A stretch of 47,975 nt of DNA from a virus (lineage: Duplodnaviria; Caudoviricetes). Made by a program: the position numbers and the translations under genes. The stretch spans positions 1 through 47,975 of IMG/VR virus record IMGVR_UViG_3300025276_000050; one strand, 5' to 3'. The notes beneath the pieces were generated by a model that saw only the letters and a program-made list of their open reading frames with translations, was not told where the DNA came from and searched no databases. Positions 9,615 through 19,822 of this stretch are shown here, in pieces. Position 1 is the stretch's first letter; each line of letters opens with the position of its first letter.

Positions 9615-11880
9615 AATAAGTACCTTCGTAGCTGGCTTAAACACTGAAGCAGGCCCTCTTACATTCCCTGAGAATGCCTCCCTTGATGAGCAGAACTTTG
9701 TATTAGACGTAGACGGTAGCCGTCAAAGACGTTTAGGAATGGATTGGGAAGCTGATAGACAGTCTATATTTAACAGCTTTGACACTAAACGGAATGGCTT
9801 TAACCATGTAGTGGACAGTTTTGAGTGGAAGAATGCGGGTAACCGAGGTGATATTGACATTGTTGTAGTACACTCAGGTAATCAAGTGTTCTTTTTTGAC
9901 ACCTCTTCAAAGACAGTCTCAAGGAATCTTCTGTATATATACCAGTTAAGTGGGGCAGAGGGTTTAGAAAGAATGTATGGTACAAGTATATACGGAAGGT
10001 TTATACTGTCTACTGGAACTACTTTTGTTACACTGTTTGAACTAGAGCCAGAGGGGTTGGTTATAACTAACTCTAGGCGTTATATAGCCGTAAGGGACAC
10101 TTGGGGGGTAGATGATGGGCTAGAAGTAGACAAGAGACCTACCTCTCTCACCCAGAAGCATGACTATAACTTAAGAAACCAAGGTTGGGTAAAGTCTTTA
10201 GAATGTTTTACGGAACGTACATCAGGTATAGACTTAACAGACCCTGTACGTAACCTTGAAAAATACCAAGATTTTTACCCGTCTAATGCAGATAATATAT
10301 GGAACGGTAAAGCCACCACAGCTACTAGAGCCGAAGAAGTGGGTAGATGGTCGTCTTGGGATTTACTTAAAGTAGGTTTTGGTGTTACACCTACCCCTAA
10401 AGGTAAGTTTGTATTAGACAGTGTTTTTGCTAGAGGGCTATTTAGGAACGAGTATATAAAAGATAGATCTTCTTACAATTACTCTAGTGAACTCCCCGCT
10501 GACTATACCTACGGTGAAGTAGGTGCTGTAGCAGCTTATGCAGGTAGGGTGTTTTATTCTATTAAACAAGACAGGTCAATTGAAGCGGATGATAAAGCAC
10601 CTAATTTAGGTACTATGATTTTCTTCTCTCAAATAGCAGAGAACATAGATTCTATAAATAAATGTTATTCAGAGAACGATCCTACAGCGGAAGATTTTAA
10701 TAAACCTTTAGATACTGACGGTGGGTTTATAAACATACCTGAAATAGGTAGAGTAACAGGTATGGAGCCTCTAGGTAACTCCTTGTTTGTATTTGCTACA
10801 AACGGTGTGTGGGAGATACACGGAGGTGAAGGGTCTTTTAGCTCAACTAACCAGAACTTATCTAAAGCCAGTAACTCAGGTTGCAGTAGTCTAGGTAGTA
10901 TAGTAAAAGGCGAAGGAATGCTTGCCTACTGGTCAGCTGGCGGTATATACGCTATAGAACTTGATGGTGTATCTTTAAGAGGGAAGGCAGTTAATATAAC
11001 TAAAGATTCTATACAGTCTATATTTAACCGTATACCCGCAGACGCTAGAGCTAACGTAACAGGTACTTATGATGAAGCCTCTAGACAGGTTAGGTGGTTG
11101 TACCGTACAGGGGCTTTGGTTAATCCTTACTACTTTGACAACGAGCTTGTTTTTGATTTAACACTTACGGCTTGGTATAGAAATAAGTTCCCTACTTTAG
11201 ATACTACCCTTAAAGTTTACCCAGCGGGATATGTACCTGTACCTTTTCTTATATTCGGAGATAAGACGGAGGATACAACAGTCGAGACAGTCCCTGTAAC
11301 GGTAGGAGGGGCGCAAGTAGATATTACTACTAGGGAAATAGACACAGATGTGGTTAGCTCTATAAAGTATATAGCTTCTTTTACTAACCCTTTAGACGGA
11401 AACGCAGCCTTTAGTTTTAGCCAATATAATAACAGTGCTTTCTTAGACTGGGGTGTGGTAGATGCGTCTGCTTACTTAGTAACAGGGTACTGGACAGGAC
11501 AAGTTGCTTCTAAAGAAAAGTCTGTATTGTCTATTACTACTCATATGCTAAGAACAGAGAGTGGTTTTAACTCCGTTGATGGAGGGGATTCTTTTGAAGT
11601 AATAGACCCTTCAGCTTGTCTAATGCAAGCTCAATGGGCTTGGACAAACAGTCCTGCATCAGGTAGGTGGGGAGATGAACAGCAAGCGTATAAGCTTAAA
11701 GAGTTCTATACTCCTAACGCACCTTCAACACAATTTGATTATAGTAAAACTGTTATCTCTACTAGAAATACTTTAAGAGGTCATGGTGAAGCTCTTAGTT
11801 TGCAGTTTAGAACTGAGCCTGGAAAAGGTTGTCATATTTACGGTTGGAGTAAGGAAATATACGTAGAGCCAAGCAGCTAA
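9589..11880 (+). CDS. Tail tubular protein B / nozzle (T7 gp12-like)
   Basis: GTG at 9589 follows GAGGAG. Motifs TFVAGLNTE...FPENAS.DE.N and LFVFATNGVWEI, about 760 aa with beta-propeller-like composition. Confidence 0.8.
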   Translation: MAGQRTSLEISTFVAGLNTEAGPLTFPENASLDEQNFVLDVDGSRQRRLGMDWEADRQSIFNSFDTKRNGFNHVVDSFEWKNAGNRGDIDIVVVHSGNQVFFFDTSSKTVSRNLLYIYQLSGAEGLERMYGTSIYGRFILSTGTTFVTLFELEPEGLVITNSRRYIAVRDTWGVDDGLEVDKRPTSLTQKHDYNLRNQGWVKSLECFTERTSGIDLTDPVRNLEKYQDFYPSNADNIWNGKATTATRAEEVGRWSSWDLLKVGFGVTPTPKGKFVLDSVFARGLFRNEYIKDRSSYNYSSELPADYTYGEVGAVAAYAGRVFYSIKQDRSIEADDKAPNLGTMIFFSQIAENIDSINKCYSENDPTAEDFNKPLDTDGGFINIPEIGRVTGMEPLGNSLFVFATNGVWEIHGGEGSFSSTNQNLSKASNSGCSSLGSIVKGEGMLAYWSAGGIYAIELDGVSLRGKAVNITKDSIQSIFNRIPADARANVTGTYDEASRQVRWLYRTGALVNPYYFDNELVFDLTLTAWYRNKFPTLDTTLKVYPAGYVPVPFLIFGDKTEDTTVETVPVTVGGAQVDITTREIDTDVVSSIKYIASFTNPLDGNAAFSFSQYNNSAFLDWGVVDASAYLVTGYWTGQVASKEKSVLSITTHMLRTESGFNSVDGGDSFEVIDPSACLMQAQWAWTNSPASGRWGDEQQAYKLKEFYTPNAPSTQFDYSKTVISTRNTLRGHGEALSLQFRTEPGKGCHIYGWSKEIYVEPSS

Positions 11881-11909
11881 TGTTAGAAAACCTGAAAATC
11901 CTTATTATT
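11881..11909 (+). promoter_or_regulatory. Phage-specific bipartite promoter motif TGTTAGA-N15-TATTATT (copy upstream of the ejection-protein operon)
   Basis: Identical boxes with identical 15-nt spacing recur at 39282-39310 and 42194-42222, all intergenic. Confidence 0.7.
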
Positions 11910-11961
11910 CTAAGTAGTAGTCCAGCCAAAGCTAGTAGTATTAAATAGTAGGTAAGATAAT

Positions 11962-12261
11962 ATGAATAGTATAGTAAGTAATGAGTATGGTTTTATAAGA
12001 TATGATATGCTAGGTAATCATCCTAATATACATATGGATGTTTATAAATGGTCTAAGGATATATATCGTAATGAGTTATATCCTTTAGCTGTTTATGCGT
12101 TTAATTATCTTAATGCGTTAGGGTATGATGAAGTTTATGCGTTTACTCCACATGACTATACATTTGAAAGGAAGTATCAAGAGATGTTTGGATTTACTTA
12201 TTTAACAGAAACAGAAGATGGTGTGATTACTTCACGCAGTACTTCAGTGAGGGGGATGTAA
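11962..12261 (+). CDS. Small protein at the position of T7 gp13 (GNAT-like assembly protein)
   Basis: 99 aa, between nozzle and internal virion genes. C-terminal EVYAFT...KYQEMFGF resembles the end of a GNAT fold. Confidence 0.55.
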   Translation: MNSIVSNEYGFIRYDMLGNHPNIHMDVYKWSKDIYRNELYPLAVYAFNYLNALGYDEVYAFTPHDYTFERKYQEMFGFTYLTETEDGVITSRSTSVRGM

Positions 12262-12731
12262 TGGGCTTAGAAGCCGCTACTATCGGTTATATTGTCGCAG
12301 GTATTTCTGCTACTACTGCTGCTGCGACTGCTATAGACGCACGTAATACAGCTAAGGATCAAGAGAAAGCTGCAAAAGAGCAAGCTGAGTTAGAACAAGC
12401 TATAGAAGGGGAGAGTTCAGCTAGGGCTAGGAGAGCTGCTGCTTCAGAAGCTCAAGTGGCTAGAGCACAGATAGCTAACCAAGCAGGTACAACAGGTTTT
12501 GCAGGTACAGCTGTTAGTGCGGCCCAAGGTGGGGTAACTAATCAGTTTAATAAAACCTCACAAGATCTAGCGTTCTCCAGTGAGAGTAATGCTATGATTA
12601 ACAGTGCTAGATTAAAAACACAACAAGCAGGGCAGAAGAGTGATTTTGGTGTAGCGTTAGGTGTAGCCAACACTATTGCAGCTCCTATAGCAGGTAAAGC
12701 TATCGGTAATATGATGGCCCCTGAGGCTTAA
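12261..12731 (+). CDS. Internal virion (ejection) protein, gp14-like
   Basis: Ala/Gly-rich with hydrophobic termini and a central coiled coil; position fits. Confidence 0.7.
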   Translation: MGLEAATIGYIVAGISATTAAATAIDARNTAKDQEKAAKEQAELEQAIEGESSARARRAAASEAQVARAQIANQAGTTGFAGTAVSAAQGGVTNQFNKTSQDLAFSSESNAMINSARLKTQQAGQKSDFGVALGVANTIAAPIAGKAIGNMMAPEA

Positions 12732-12761
12732 TTAATTTTATTTTCCCAGAGTCGAGAGAAT

Positions 12762-15700
12762 ATGGAACAGTATACAGAAGAAAGCGTAACAAACGAGACA
12801 TTTATTGAAGAGCCAGAACAAGTACAACACAGTAATGTACAATCTGCTACAGCAATGAATGAAGCAACATTAGCCTCAGCTAAAGGTAAAGAACCTGAAG
12901 CTGTTTACAATGCTGTACAAGAGCAAGAAGGCTTTACTCCTCCCACACCTGAGTTTATGAAAGGGGACTATTTAGGTAGATACCTCTCAGACGCCGAGAG
13001 ACGCGTTTCAGGGGCTGTTAAAGATGGGGTAGACATTGACGTAGATAAAGTGGGAACGTCCGTCACAGAGGTTGTACGGGCCTCTGAGAGCAGCTATGGA
13101 GAGTTCCGTGCTCTTGTTGATGCTCATCCACAATCTGTATACCTTTCTGAAGCTGAGAAAGATGAGAATGCTAGAAATCAATACTTGAGCTACAAGGCAG
13201 CTGAAGTCTTTGATGAGTTAGGGCTTAGCTGGGACAAAATAGGGGAGACAGCATTAACAGTAGGTACTATGATTTTTACCCCTGATATTGAAGATCTTCG
13301 TATGAGAGAGTTGTCTAAAGTCTTAGGTATGCAGTGGGATATGATGGATTCAGTTGATCCTACAGCTTTCTTAGGGAGATTGTCAGGGCACATTAAGTCC
13401 TTACCTCCTGAAGATTCAGTAGCTATGATTGATACAATTGTTGAAGCTTGGCCTGAGATACTTGGGGATAACCGACTGTGGTTATCTGTATTGTTGAATG
13501 ACTTAACAGGTGACTATAGCGTAGATGCTAAACAAGTAGAGAACGCCTTAGGTAAAGCAGATAAGCTAGCCTTTGCTGCTTACCCTCTTCTAGTAGTTAA
13601 GAACATTTTTAAAAGCTTTAATGCGATTAATAGAGCGGCTAAGTTAGACAATGTAGAAGGTGTTACAGACCTTGTTAATAAAGGGACTGACGGTAAACTT
13701 GTCAAAGATGGTGTTGATATTCAGGATGCTGCTAGCTCAGCTATGCCTTTAAAGTCAACTGACGGTTTAATTCCAGGCAGTAACAATAAGCACGCTGATA
13801 AAGTGATGAAGCAGAATGAAGAGATTGATGCTTTCTTAGGTGAAGTTGATAGCGTTAATACCTTTGGCTTAGGGTTAACTGAAGCAGAGAAGACATCTTC
13901 TATTGAACGTAAGATATCTTCCTTGCATAAAAGACCTGAAGTAACAGGTATTGAAGTGGAGAAGATAGATGGACAAGGGTTCACTATAACTTACTCTAAC
14001 ACCTCTTACGATACACCAGATGTTTTAGATTTACCACAGAGAGAGACTGTTGCCTTCACTAAAGATGAAGTAGGTAATTTCCATTATAAAGGTAATAAGG
14101 GTGACCACTATAACTTAGATAATAACGTAGTTGGTCTAATTAGTCCTAACACCCGCTTTGGTTCTGATAAAGATTTTATAGTGGAATTACCTCAAGAGAT
14201 GCAGTTTCAGTCAGGTAAGATAAGGTCTAGCTATGATTCAGCCATTAGAGCCGCCTATAAGCCTGGTGGTAAGCGTTTGTCTAAGAAGGAACACGTTAGC
14301 CTTAATAACTTACTTCTTTCAGGAGACAAGGCTGAGAAGGTTTATGACTATGAGACTCTTACAACTGTAGGGGTGGATGGTGTTAAGTATTCTGCTAGAG
14401 AAGCACAAGCTTATCAAGGTATTCGTAAAGTAGTAGACCATATGTACCACGCTAAAGACAAGCAGATTGCAGATAGCATGAGAGCTAACAACGTCAAAGT
14501 TATGCAGTGGAAAGGTAGAGATGTGGCTGCTAAGGCATATGATAGTTCATCGTCTGCTTTAACAGCTAGACGCCAAACAGACAACAGTCGTATGATTGCT
14601 GTAGATGATGGTATAGATGTTAAGAACATAGACGATATAACAGACGAAGATTTAAACAAGTATTATGATAAAGGTTTTAAGTTAGTACGTTCTGACAAGG
14701 ACACTTACCTACCTTCAGGCGGTACAAATGTAGAGTGGGCTTTAGTTAAGCATGACAAACTAGAATCTCCAGGAGCTGGTGTACTGTCTCAGCGTGTAGG
14801 CTATATGCCTAAGATTAGTAAAGAAGGGCATTTCTTTGTTAAAGAAGTGGTAGAGATGAGTGTTGGTGGTAAAGCTTTATCAGGTGGTGCTCTTAAAACA
14901 ATACGTTATTTTAATAACAGAGCAGACGCACGTAAGTTTCAGGATGACCTAAAAGAGTTAAACCCTGATACTAAATACGAACTACTTGCAGATAGAGAGC
15001 TTTCAGCGGGTGACCGCGAGATGGAATATACCAACATATCAGGTGGATTGTTCAATGGCGCACGTAGCCGAGAGCCAATCCCATTTGGCTTAGACGGTGT
15101 AGAAGGTGAACGTGTTGATGCCCTTGGTAGTCTCAACAGATACGTTGACCATCTAGGTAAGCAAATGCCATACAACTTATACCGTATGGGCCTGCGGGAG
15201 CGTTGGGTTAACTCTGCATTAGAGCTAGGTGCTCTTAAAAGCAAACGTGGTGATATGCCTTTTGATAATCTAGTAGCTGACTTAGATGACAAGCACCCTT
15301 CTTACGCATTCTTAAAAGATGCTCATCAAGAAGTGCAGGTTATATCTTCTGTCCCTACTGAGACTGAGAAGGCAATGCGTACTAGAACCACCCAAATGGC
15401 TCTGTGGTTTGAAGAGTCAGGTATCATTGGGGGTAAGCGTATAGCAGCTAGTTTACATGGCACTAACGCCCTTGTAGACGCAGCTAACTCTGCCCGTAGT
15501 TTAACCTTCCACGCTATGCTTGGTATGTTTAATCCAGCTCAGTTTGCTGTACAGGCTTCAGGGTCTATAGTGGCTATGTCGGTTAATCCTATACTAGCTG
15601 CCAAAGCTATACCTAAAAGTATGGCATACTCTGTATTAGATATGGTTGACATAAGGAAATTAGACGGTGCATTGGATTCACTTAAAGCAGACGGCTTCGA

Positions 15701-17096
15701 TGTTGAAGGCTATAAGCTATGGCGGGAGAGTGGTATTAAACACTCTGTTACGTCAAGTAACGTGGATTACCAATCTATTACTGAAGGTGTCCCTTATGAT
15801 GCTGGTGTTCTCCGCCGTCTTCTTGCTAATGATACAATGTTCTTTAAAAGCGGAGAGTTGGTCAACGCTAGGATCTCATTTGCAACAGCAGTGGAGTGGT
15901 GGAAAACTCAGAACAAAGGTAAAGAGCTTACTTCAGATGCCTTAAGTGACATTGTAAAACGTACTGAACACTACAGACTTAACATGACAGGGGCTAACCA
16001 AGCTAAGTTCCAGAAGGGTATAACTTCTTTACCGCTACAGTTCCAACAGGTTGTAACAAAATTTGTTGAGAAGCTAGCTAATAAAGATTTTACAGGGAAA
16101 GAAAAGACTAGACTTGTCGCAGGGCAGGCTTTATTCTTTGGCTCTATGGGGCTTCCTTTTGTAAATGCTTTTGTTCCTTCAGCATTAGAGAGTATAGGTA
16201 TTGATTTTACTGATCCTTTTGAAGCGGATGGTAGTTTAAAAGTAGGTATGGATGCTTCTAACACTGACCCTGCTACCCTTAACTTAGTTAAGAATGGTGT
16301 TATGGGTTGGATGTTCCAAGATTACTTAGATATTAACAGTGTAATCGGTGGACGTATGACGTTAGGTAAGGAATTGTTTGAGAATGTATTTTCTACAACA
16401 GAACCTGTAGCGTTACCTACAATGATACTTGGGCCTACTGGTAACATATATGATAAGACAGTTGGTGGTTTTACTAACTTCTTCTCTGCTTGGAATACAG
16501 TAGCTTACGCAGACGAAGTAGGTATTGACAAGGTAGCGGCTGTAACTAAACTACTTAGCCGTACATTGTTAGAGATACCTAGTAGTTCTCACAGCCTTCT
16601 TAAAGCACATGATATGGCTAACTCTCAGTTCTACAAGAACAAAGCAGGTAGACCTATATTTGAGTGGACTGACAACAATATGCAAACTATATTGTTCCAA
16701 GCCTTCGGCTTTGGCCCTCAAGAGACTCAAGACTGGTATGAGATAATGGGTAGAAACGGGGGCAAGGTGCCTGCGGGGAACCAGAATAGCGATGCTAAAC
16801 GTATTCTTAAGTTGATGTCTATGCTTGAAGCAGTAGGGGAAGATAAAAAAGAGATTGTCGCTCTATCTATCTCTGCTATAAGAAACAAATACAAGAAAGA
16901 AGATCAAGATAAGATTATGGACTATATCAAGCAAGCTATAAAAGAGCCTAAAGACTCTTGGGAGAAAGCTGTTTCTGGTGTAGTAGAGGATTGGACTAGC
17001 GAAATGAATGACGGTGTTCTTCATCTATACCGTAATGCTAACATAAGAACAAATCAGCGTGTAGCTAAAGAGATACAAACCGCAGGAGATAAATAG
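12762..17096 (+). CDS. Large internal virion (ejection) protein
   Basis: 1444-aa helical ORF within the ejection-protein block. Confidence 0.75.
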   Translation: MEQYTEESVTNETFIEEPEQVQHSNVQSATAMNEATLASAKGKEPEAVYNAVQEQEGFTPPTPEFMKGDYLGRYLSDAERRVSGAVKDGVDIDVDKVGTSVTEVVRASESSYGEFRALVDAHPQSVYLSEAEKDENARNQYLSYKAAEVFDELGLSWDKIGETALTVGTMIFTPDIEDLRMRELSKVLGMQWDMMDSVDPTAFLGRLSGHIKSLPPEDSVAMIDTIVEAWPEILGDNRLWLSVLLNDLTGDYSVDAKQVENALGKADKLAFAAYPLLVVKNIFKSFNAINRAAKLDNVEGVTDLVNKGTDGKLVKDGVDIQDAASSAMPLKSTDGLIPGSNNKHADKVMKQNEEIDAFLGEVDSVNTFGLGLTEAEKTSSIERKISSLHKRPEVTGIEVEKIDGQGFTITYSNTSYDTPDVLDLPQRETVAFTKDEVGNFHYKGNKGDHYNLDNNVVGLISPNTRFGSDKDFIVELPQEMQFQSGKIRSSYDSAIRAAYKPGGKRLSKKEHVSLNNLLLSGDKAEKVYDYETLTTVGVDGVKYSAREAQAYQGIRKVVDHMYHAKDKQIADSMRANNVKVMQWKGRDVAAKAYDSSSSALTARRQTDNSRMIAVDDGIDVKNIDDITDEDLNKYYDKGFKLVRSDKDTYLPSGGTNVEWALVKHDKLESPGAGVLSQRVGYMPKISKEGHFFVKEVVEMSVGGKALSGGALKTIRYFNNRADARKFQDDLKELNPDTKYELLADRELSAGDREMEYTNISGGLFNGARSREPIPFGLDGVEGERVDALGSLNRYVDHLGKQMPYNLYRMGLRERWVNSALELGALKSKRGDMPFDNLVADLDDKHPSYAFLKDAHQEVQVISSVPTETEKAMRTRTTQMALWFEESGIIGGKRIAASLHGTNALVDAANSARSLTFHAMLGMFNPAQFAVQASGSIVAMSVNPILAAKAIPKSMAYSVLDMVDIRKLDGALDSLKADGFDVEGYKLWRESGIKHSVTSSNVDYQSITEGVPYDAGVLRRLLANDTMFFKSGELVNARISFATAVEWWKTQNKGKELTSDALSDIVKRTEHYRLNMTGANQAKFQKGITSLPLQFQQVVTKFVEKLANKDFTGKEKTRLVAGQALFFGSMGLPFVNAFVPSALESIGIDFTDPFEADGSLKVGMDASNTDPATLNLVKNGVMGWMFQDYLDINSVIGGRMTLGKELFENVFSTTEPVALPTMILGPTGNIYDKTVGGFTNFFSAWNTVAYADEVGIDKVAAVTKLLSRTLLEIPSSSHSLLKAHDMANSQFYKNKAGRPIFEWTDNNMQTILFQAFGFGPQETQDWYEIMGRNGGKVPAGNQNSDAKRILKLMSMLEAVGEDKKEIVALSISAIRNKYKKEDQDKIMDYIKQAIKEPKDSWEKAVSGVVEDWTSEMNDGVLHLYRNANIRTNQRVAKEIQTAGDK

Positions 17097-17097
17097 A

Positions 17098-19077
17098 ATG
17101 CCAGAGTTCCAGAAACAGATTAGAGGGATAGATCAACGCTCAGTGAACTTTGCTGGCCCTCAACAAGCTACAACCTCTGTAGCTGAAGCTTTAGCCCCTC
17201 AAGCAGAAGTGCTGTTGAAGGGTATGGCTTCAGGATATGCTCAGGGGACTGGAGAGAACCTTGCAGGGGCTGATGAGGAAGGGGTCAATGGCTTAGATGG
17301 CTTAGTAGCGGGTGCTTTTGCAGAGCACAGGGAGGCTCTGGATAACACAGAGAGCACCCCTGAGAGTGTCAAAGGTGTATACGATGAGGCTGTCTCAAGC
17401 ACTCTGAATACACAGAAGCGCATTCAAGCTGCTATAGATCAAGGTGTTATGTCATCTGCTGCGGGTAATGCCCGTATGCAGGCTCTCCGTAAGGAGAAGT
17501 TGTCTAACCCTATAGTGTCTATGTTCCAATCTGACTTTGATAAATCTTTCTCTTCTATGACAGGGGCAGGGGCTAGAGGGGCTTACTTCGGACAAACACC
17601 TGAAGAGCTTAAACAAGCTGAAGTACAGAAGCAACAGAACACAGCTTATGCTCAGAAGGAAGTAGCTCTGGATAACTTAGTTCAAAGTGGTGCGGCTGTT
17701 AATAGAAAAGTGGCTGAAGGTATGTACAATAACCACCAAGCCAATGCTGCGGAGTTGAAGCATTTAACGACTAAAGACAGTCTAGGTAAACTAGGTGGTG
17801 GTGAGGCCGCTAAGAAATACGACTTAGAGAGTATAGATACACAGGCTCAGCTTGCTAGTATGGCAATACAGTTTGCTGATTCAGAAGGCACTGTAGAGCA
17901 GAAGAAAGCGTACATGACTACGCTTCTTCAGTCTAGGGAGCAAGAGAAGTTTCGTATAGAGTCTTCTGGTATGACTCGTCCTAATAAAGATGCGGCATTG
18001 GCTCGCATTAATGCTCAATACGATCACATGGAAACTATCCCTGATGATGTATCGTTAACTAAGCATATGGAAGCTGCTACTAAACAAGTACAATCTATAC
18101 TTCAGAATGAAGGTATGACCACTATAGTTAACGCTATGAAAGCATCACCGCAGTTAGCGGCTGCTTATACCTTAGCAGGTGGTAATCCTCAGGCTATGGC
18201 TCCTATGTTGGAGCTTATTTTCAACAACAAATCTTTAGCTGCTGAGTTTGCTAATGCCACAAGCCCTGTGGCTACGGTTATAAATTCGTTGACGGAAGTG
18301 GGTAAACAAGATGTAATGGTGGATGTTGTTGACGCAGCACAAGGGGGTGCAGGTAAGTTGTCCCCTATAACTGCTGAAGCTTTTGGCCTATCTATGACAG
18401 CTAAAGGGATTCCTAATCAGATGTCTCTAGCTTTTACTGCAAACCCTGAAAGTGTTTTAGCTAACATAGAACAAGCTAAAGGTATTAGATTACAGCCTAT
18501 TGGAAGGAACAAAGAATGGAAAGGGATAGCTAACAGACAGCCTGCTCTTATAGATGCTTTGATAACCAAAGCGGCTAGATCTGCTATGCTATTAACTATG
18601 GGTGCTCCTACAACTGTCTCTGTAAAACAAGAGTATGCACCTGTAGGTAACACAGTTAGACCACAGTCTTGGAACATTGACACAGGGGGTTTTGAAGTTA
18701 AAGACCTTTACAAGGAACAGATAGTGGCTGCTTATAGAATGGCTACTAACAACCCTAAGATATGGGAGAAAGGCTTTGAGAGCGTTGATGAGTATCTTTC
18801 ATCTAAGTTCACTCTGCCTTCAGGTAATGTAGAGCCAATGCCTGTTGTAGCTGTTGAAGAGACACCTGTAGAGGCGCCAAAGTCTACCAAACCTACAGCA
18901 GAGGCAGTTCAAGCTGCTTTTGAAGAGATGAACCCACACCTGTTTAAAGACAAGAAGATTCTTAAGGCACTGAAAGAGGTGGATCTTAATGCTTTTGAAG
19001 ATTTTGATGGGGACGGTGAATATGAACTAGAAGATGGGAGTAGATTCTATGTTAAAAATGGTAAGGTAGTAGAGTAA
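17098..19077 (+). CDS. Internal virion (ejection) protein
   Basis: 659 aa, Ala/Gln-rich helical, GGAG RBS, contiguous with the previous gene. Confidence 0.7.
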   Translation: MPEFQKQIRGIDQRSVNFAGPQQATTSVAEALAPQAEVLLKGMASGYAQGTGENLAGADEEGVNGLDGLVAGAFAEHREALDNTESTPESVKGVYDEAVSSTLNTQKRIQAAIDQGVMSSAAGNARMQALRKEKLSNPIVSMFQSDFDKSFSSMTGAGARGAYFGQTPEELKQAEVQKQQNTAYAQKEVALDNLVQSGAAVNRKVAEGMYNNHQANAAELKHLTTKDSLGKLGGGEAAKKYDLESIDTQAQLASMAIQFADSEGTVEQKKAYMTTLLQSREQEKFRIESSGMTRPNKDAALARINAQYDHMETIPDDVSLTKHMEAATKQVQSILQNEGMTTIVNAMKASPQLAAAYTLAGGNPQAMAPMLELIFNNKSLAAEFANATSPVATVINSLTEVGKQDVMVDVVDAAQGGAGKLSPITAEAFGLSMTAKGIPNQMSLAFTANPESVLANIEQAKGIRLQPIGRNKEWKGIANRQPALIDALITKAARSAMLLTMGAPTTVSVKQEYAPVGNTVRPQSWNIDTGGFEVKDLYKEQIVAAYRMATNNPKIWEKGFESVDEYLSSKFTLPSGNVEPMPVVAVEETPVEAPKSTKPTAEAVQAAFEEMNPHLFKDKKILKALKEVDLNAFEDFDGDGEYELEDGSRFYVKNGKVVE

Positions 19078-19820
19078 TGGAGTTTCCTTTTGATCGTATT
19101 ACCAAGATCTCTAACAACACTTCACCACAGCCACAGGCCCAAGTAGAGGTAGCTGGTGGTTATGACCTTCAGGTAGACCCTGTTATAGAGGCGGATGTAG
19201 ATAATTCAGAGGTATTGAACACCCAGCCTGTAGACAGGTCTGAAGAGTTCTACAACTACATAGGGGAGTATGCAGAGAGCAATCACGGTAGTGTCCCTAT
19301 GGTCTCCAATGACGCTAGAGATAAGAAGAGTGGTAAGATAACGTATGACATAGGGTTTGGACACAAACTAACTACGAAAGAGATAACGGAGGGTATGATA
19401 TACGGTATACCTTTTGGAGAGGATAACCCTCTTTCTTCAGAGAGCAGAACTAAGATACTACAACTTGACATGGCTAAGAATATTAAGATAGCCAGAGCAG
19501 GTTCTTGGGACAAGAAGCTAAAGGATATTGGATCTTCTTGGGAAGATATAGACCAAGAATACAAGCTACCTTTAACCTCTTTGGCGTATAATGTAGGAGG
19601 TACAAAGGCTAGCGAGGAGTGGACGGCAGTTTTGAAAGCGGCTGCTGACAACGATGCTTTAGAGTTTGCTAAACATCTTCGTAGGAAAGACGCAGAAGAG
19701 AACACTAAAGGTATGGACAACAGGGTTATGAAAGAATTGTACGCAGCTGGTTTTATCAAGAGCAACTCAGCTCGCTTGTACTTCAAAAGTGTTCTACCCC
19801 TTGCTACCTGGAGACCTTAA
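19077..19820 (+). CDS. Lysozyme-family muramidase (virion-associated or endolysin)
   Basis: E...TYDIGFGHKL and LTSLAYNVG resemble phage lysozyme motifs (TIGYGH, L.S..FN.G). Confidence 0.75.
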   Translation: MEFPFDRITKISNNTSPQPQAQVEVAGGYDLQVDPVIEADVDNSEVLNTQPVDRSEEFYNYIGEYAESNHGSVPMVSNDARDKKSGKITYDIGFGHKLTTKEITEGMIYGIPFGEDNPLSSESRTKILQLDMAKNIKIARAGSWDKKLKDIGSSWEDIDQEYKLPLTSLAYNVGGTKASEEWTAVLKAAADNDALEFAKHLRRKDAEENTKGMDNRVMKELYAAGFIKSNSARLYFKSVLPLATWRP

Positions 19821-19822
19821 TT

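Noticed and set aside
12762-17096. Virion RNA polymerase or lytic transglycosylase domain in the 1444-aa protein
   Set aside because: I could not find polymerase or transglycosylase catalytic motifs by eye, so it is left as an internal virion protein.
19283-19786. 167-aa antisense ORF, and similar ones at 7197-7643, 30231-30686, 42884-43312 and 46368-46907
   Set aside because: They are shadows opposite well-supported genes, with no recognisable motifs, and they break the strict two-arm strand organisation.
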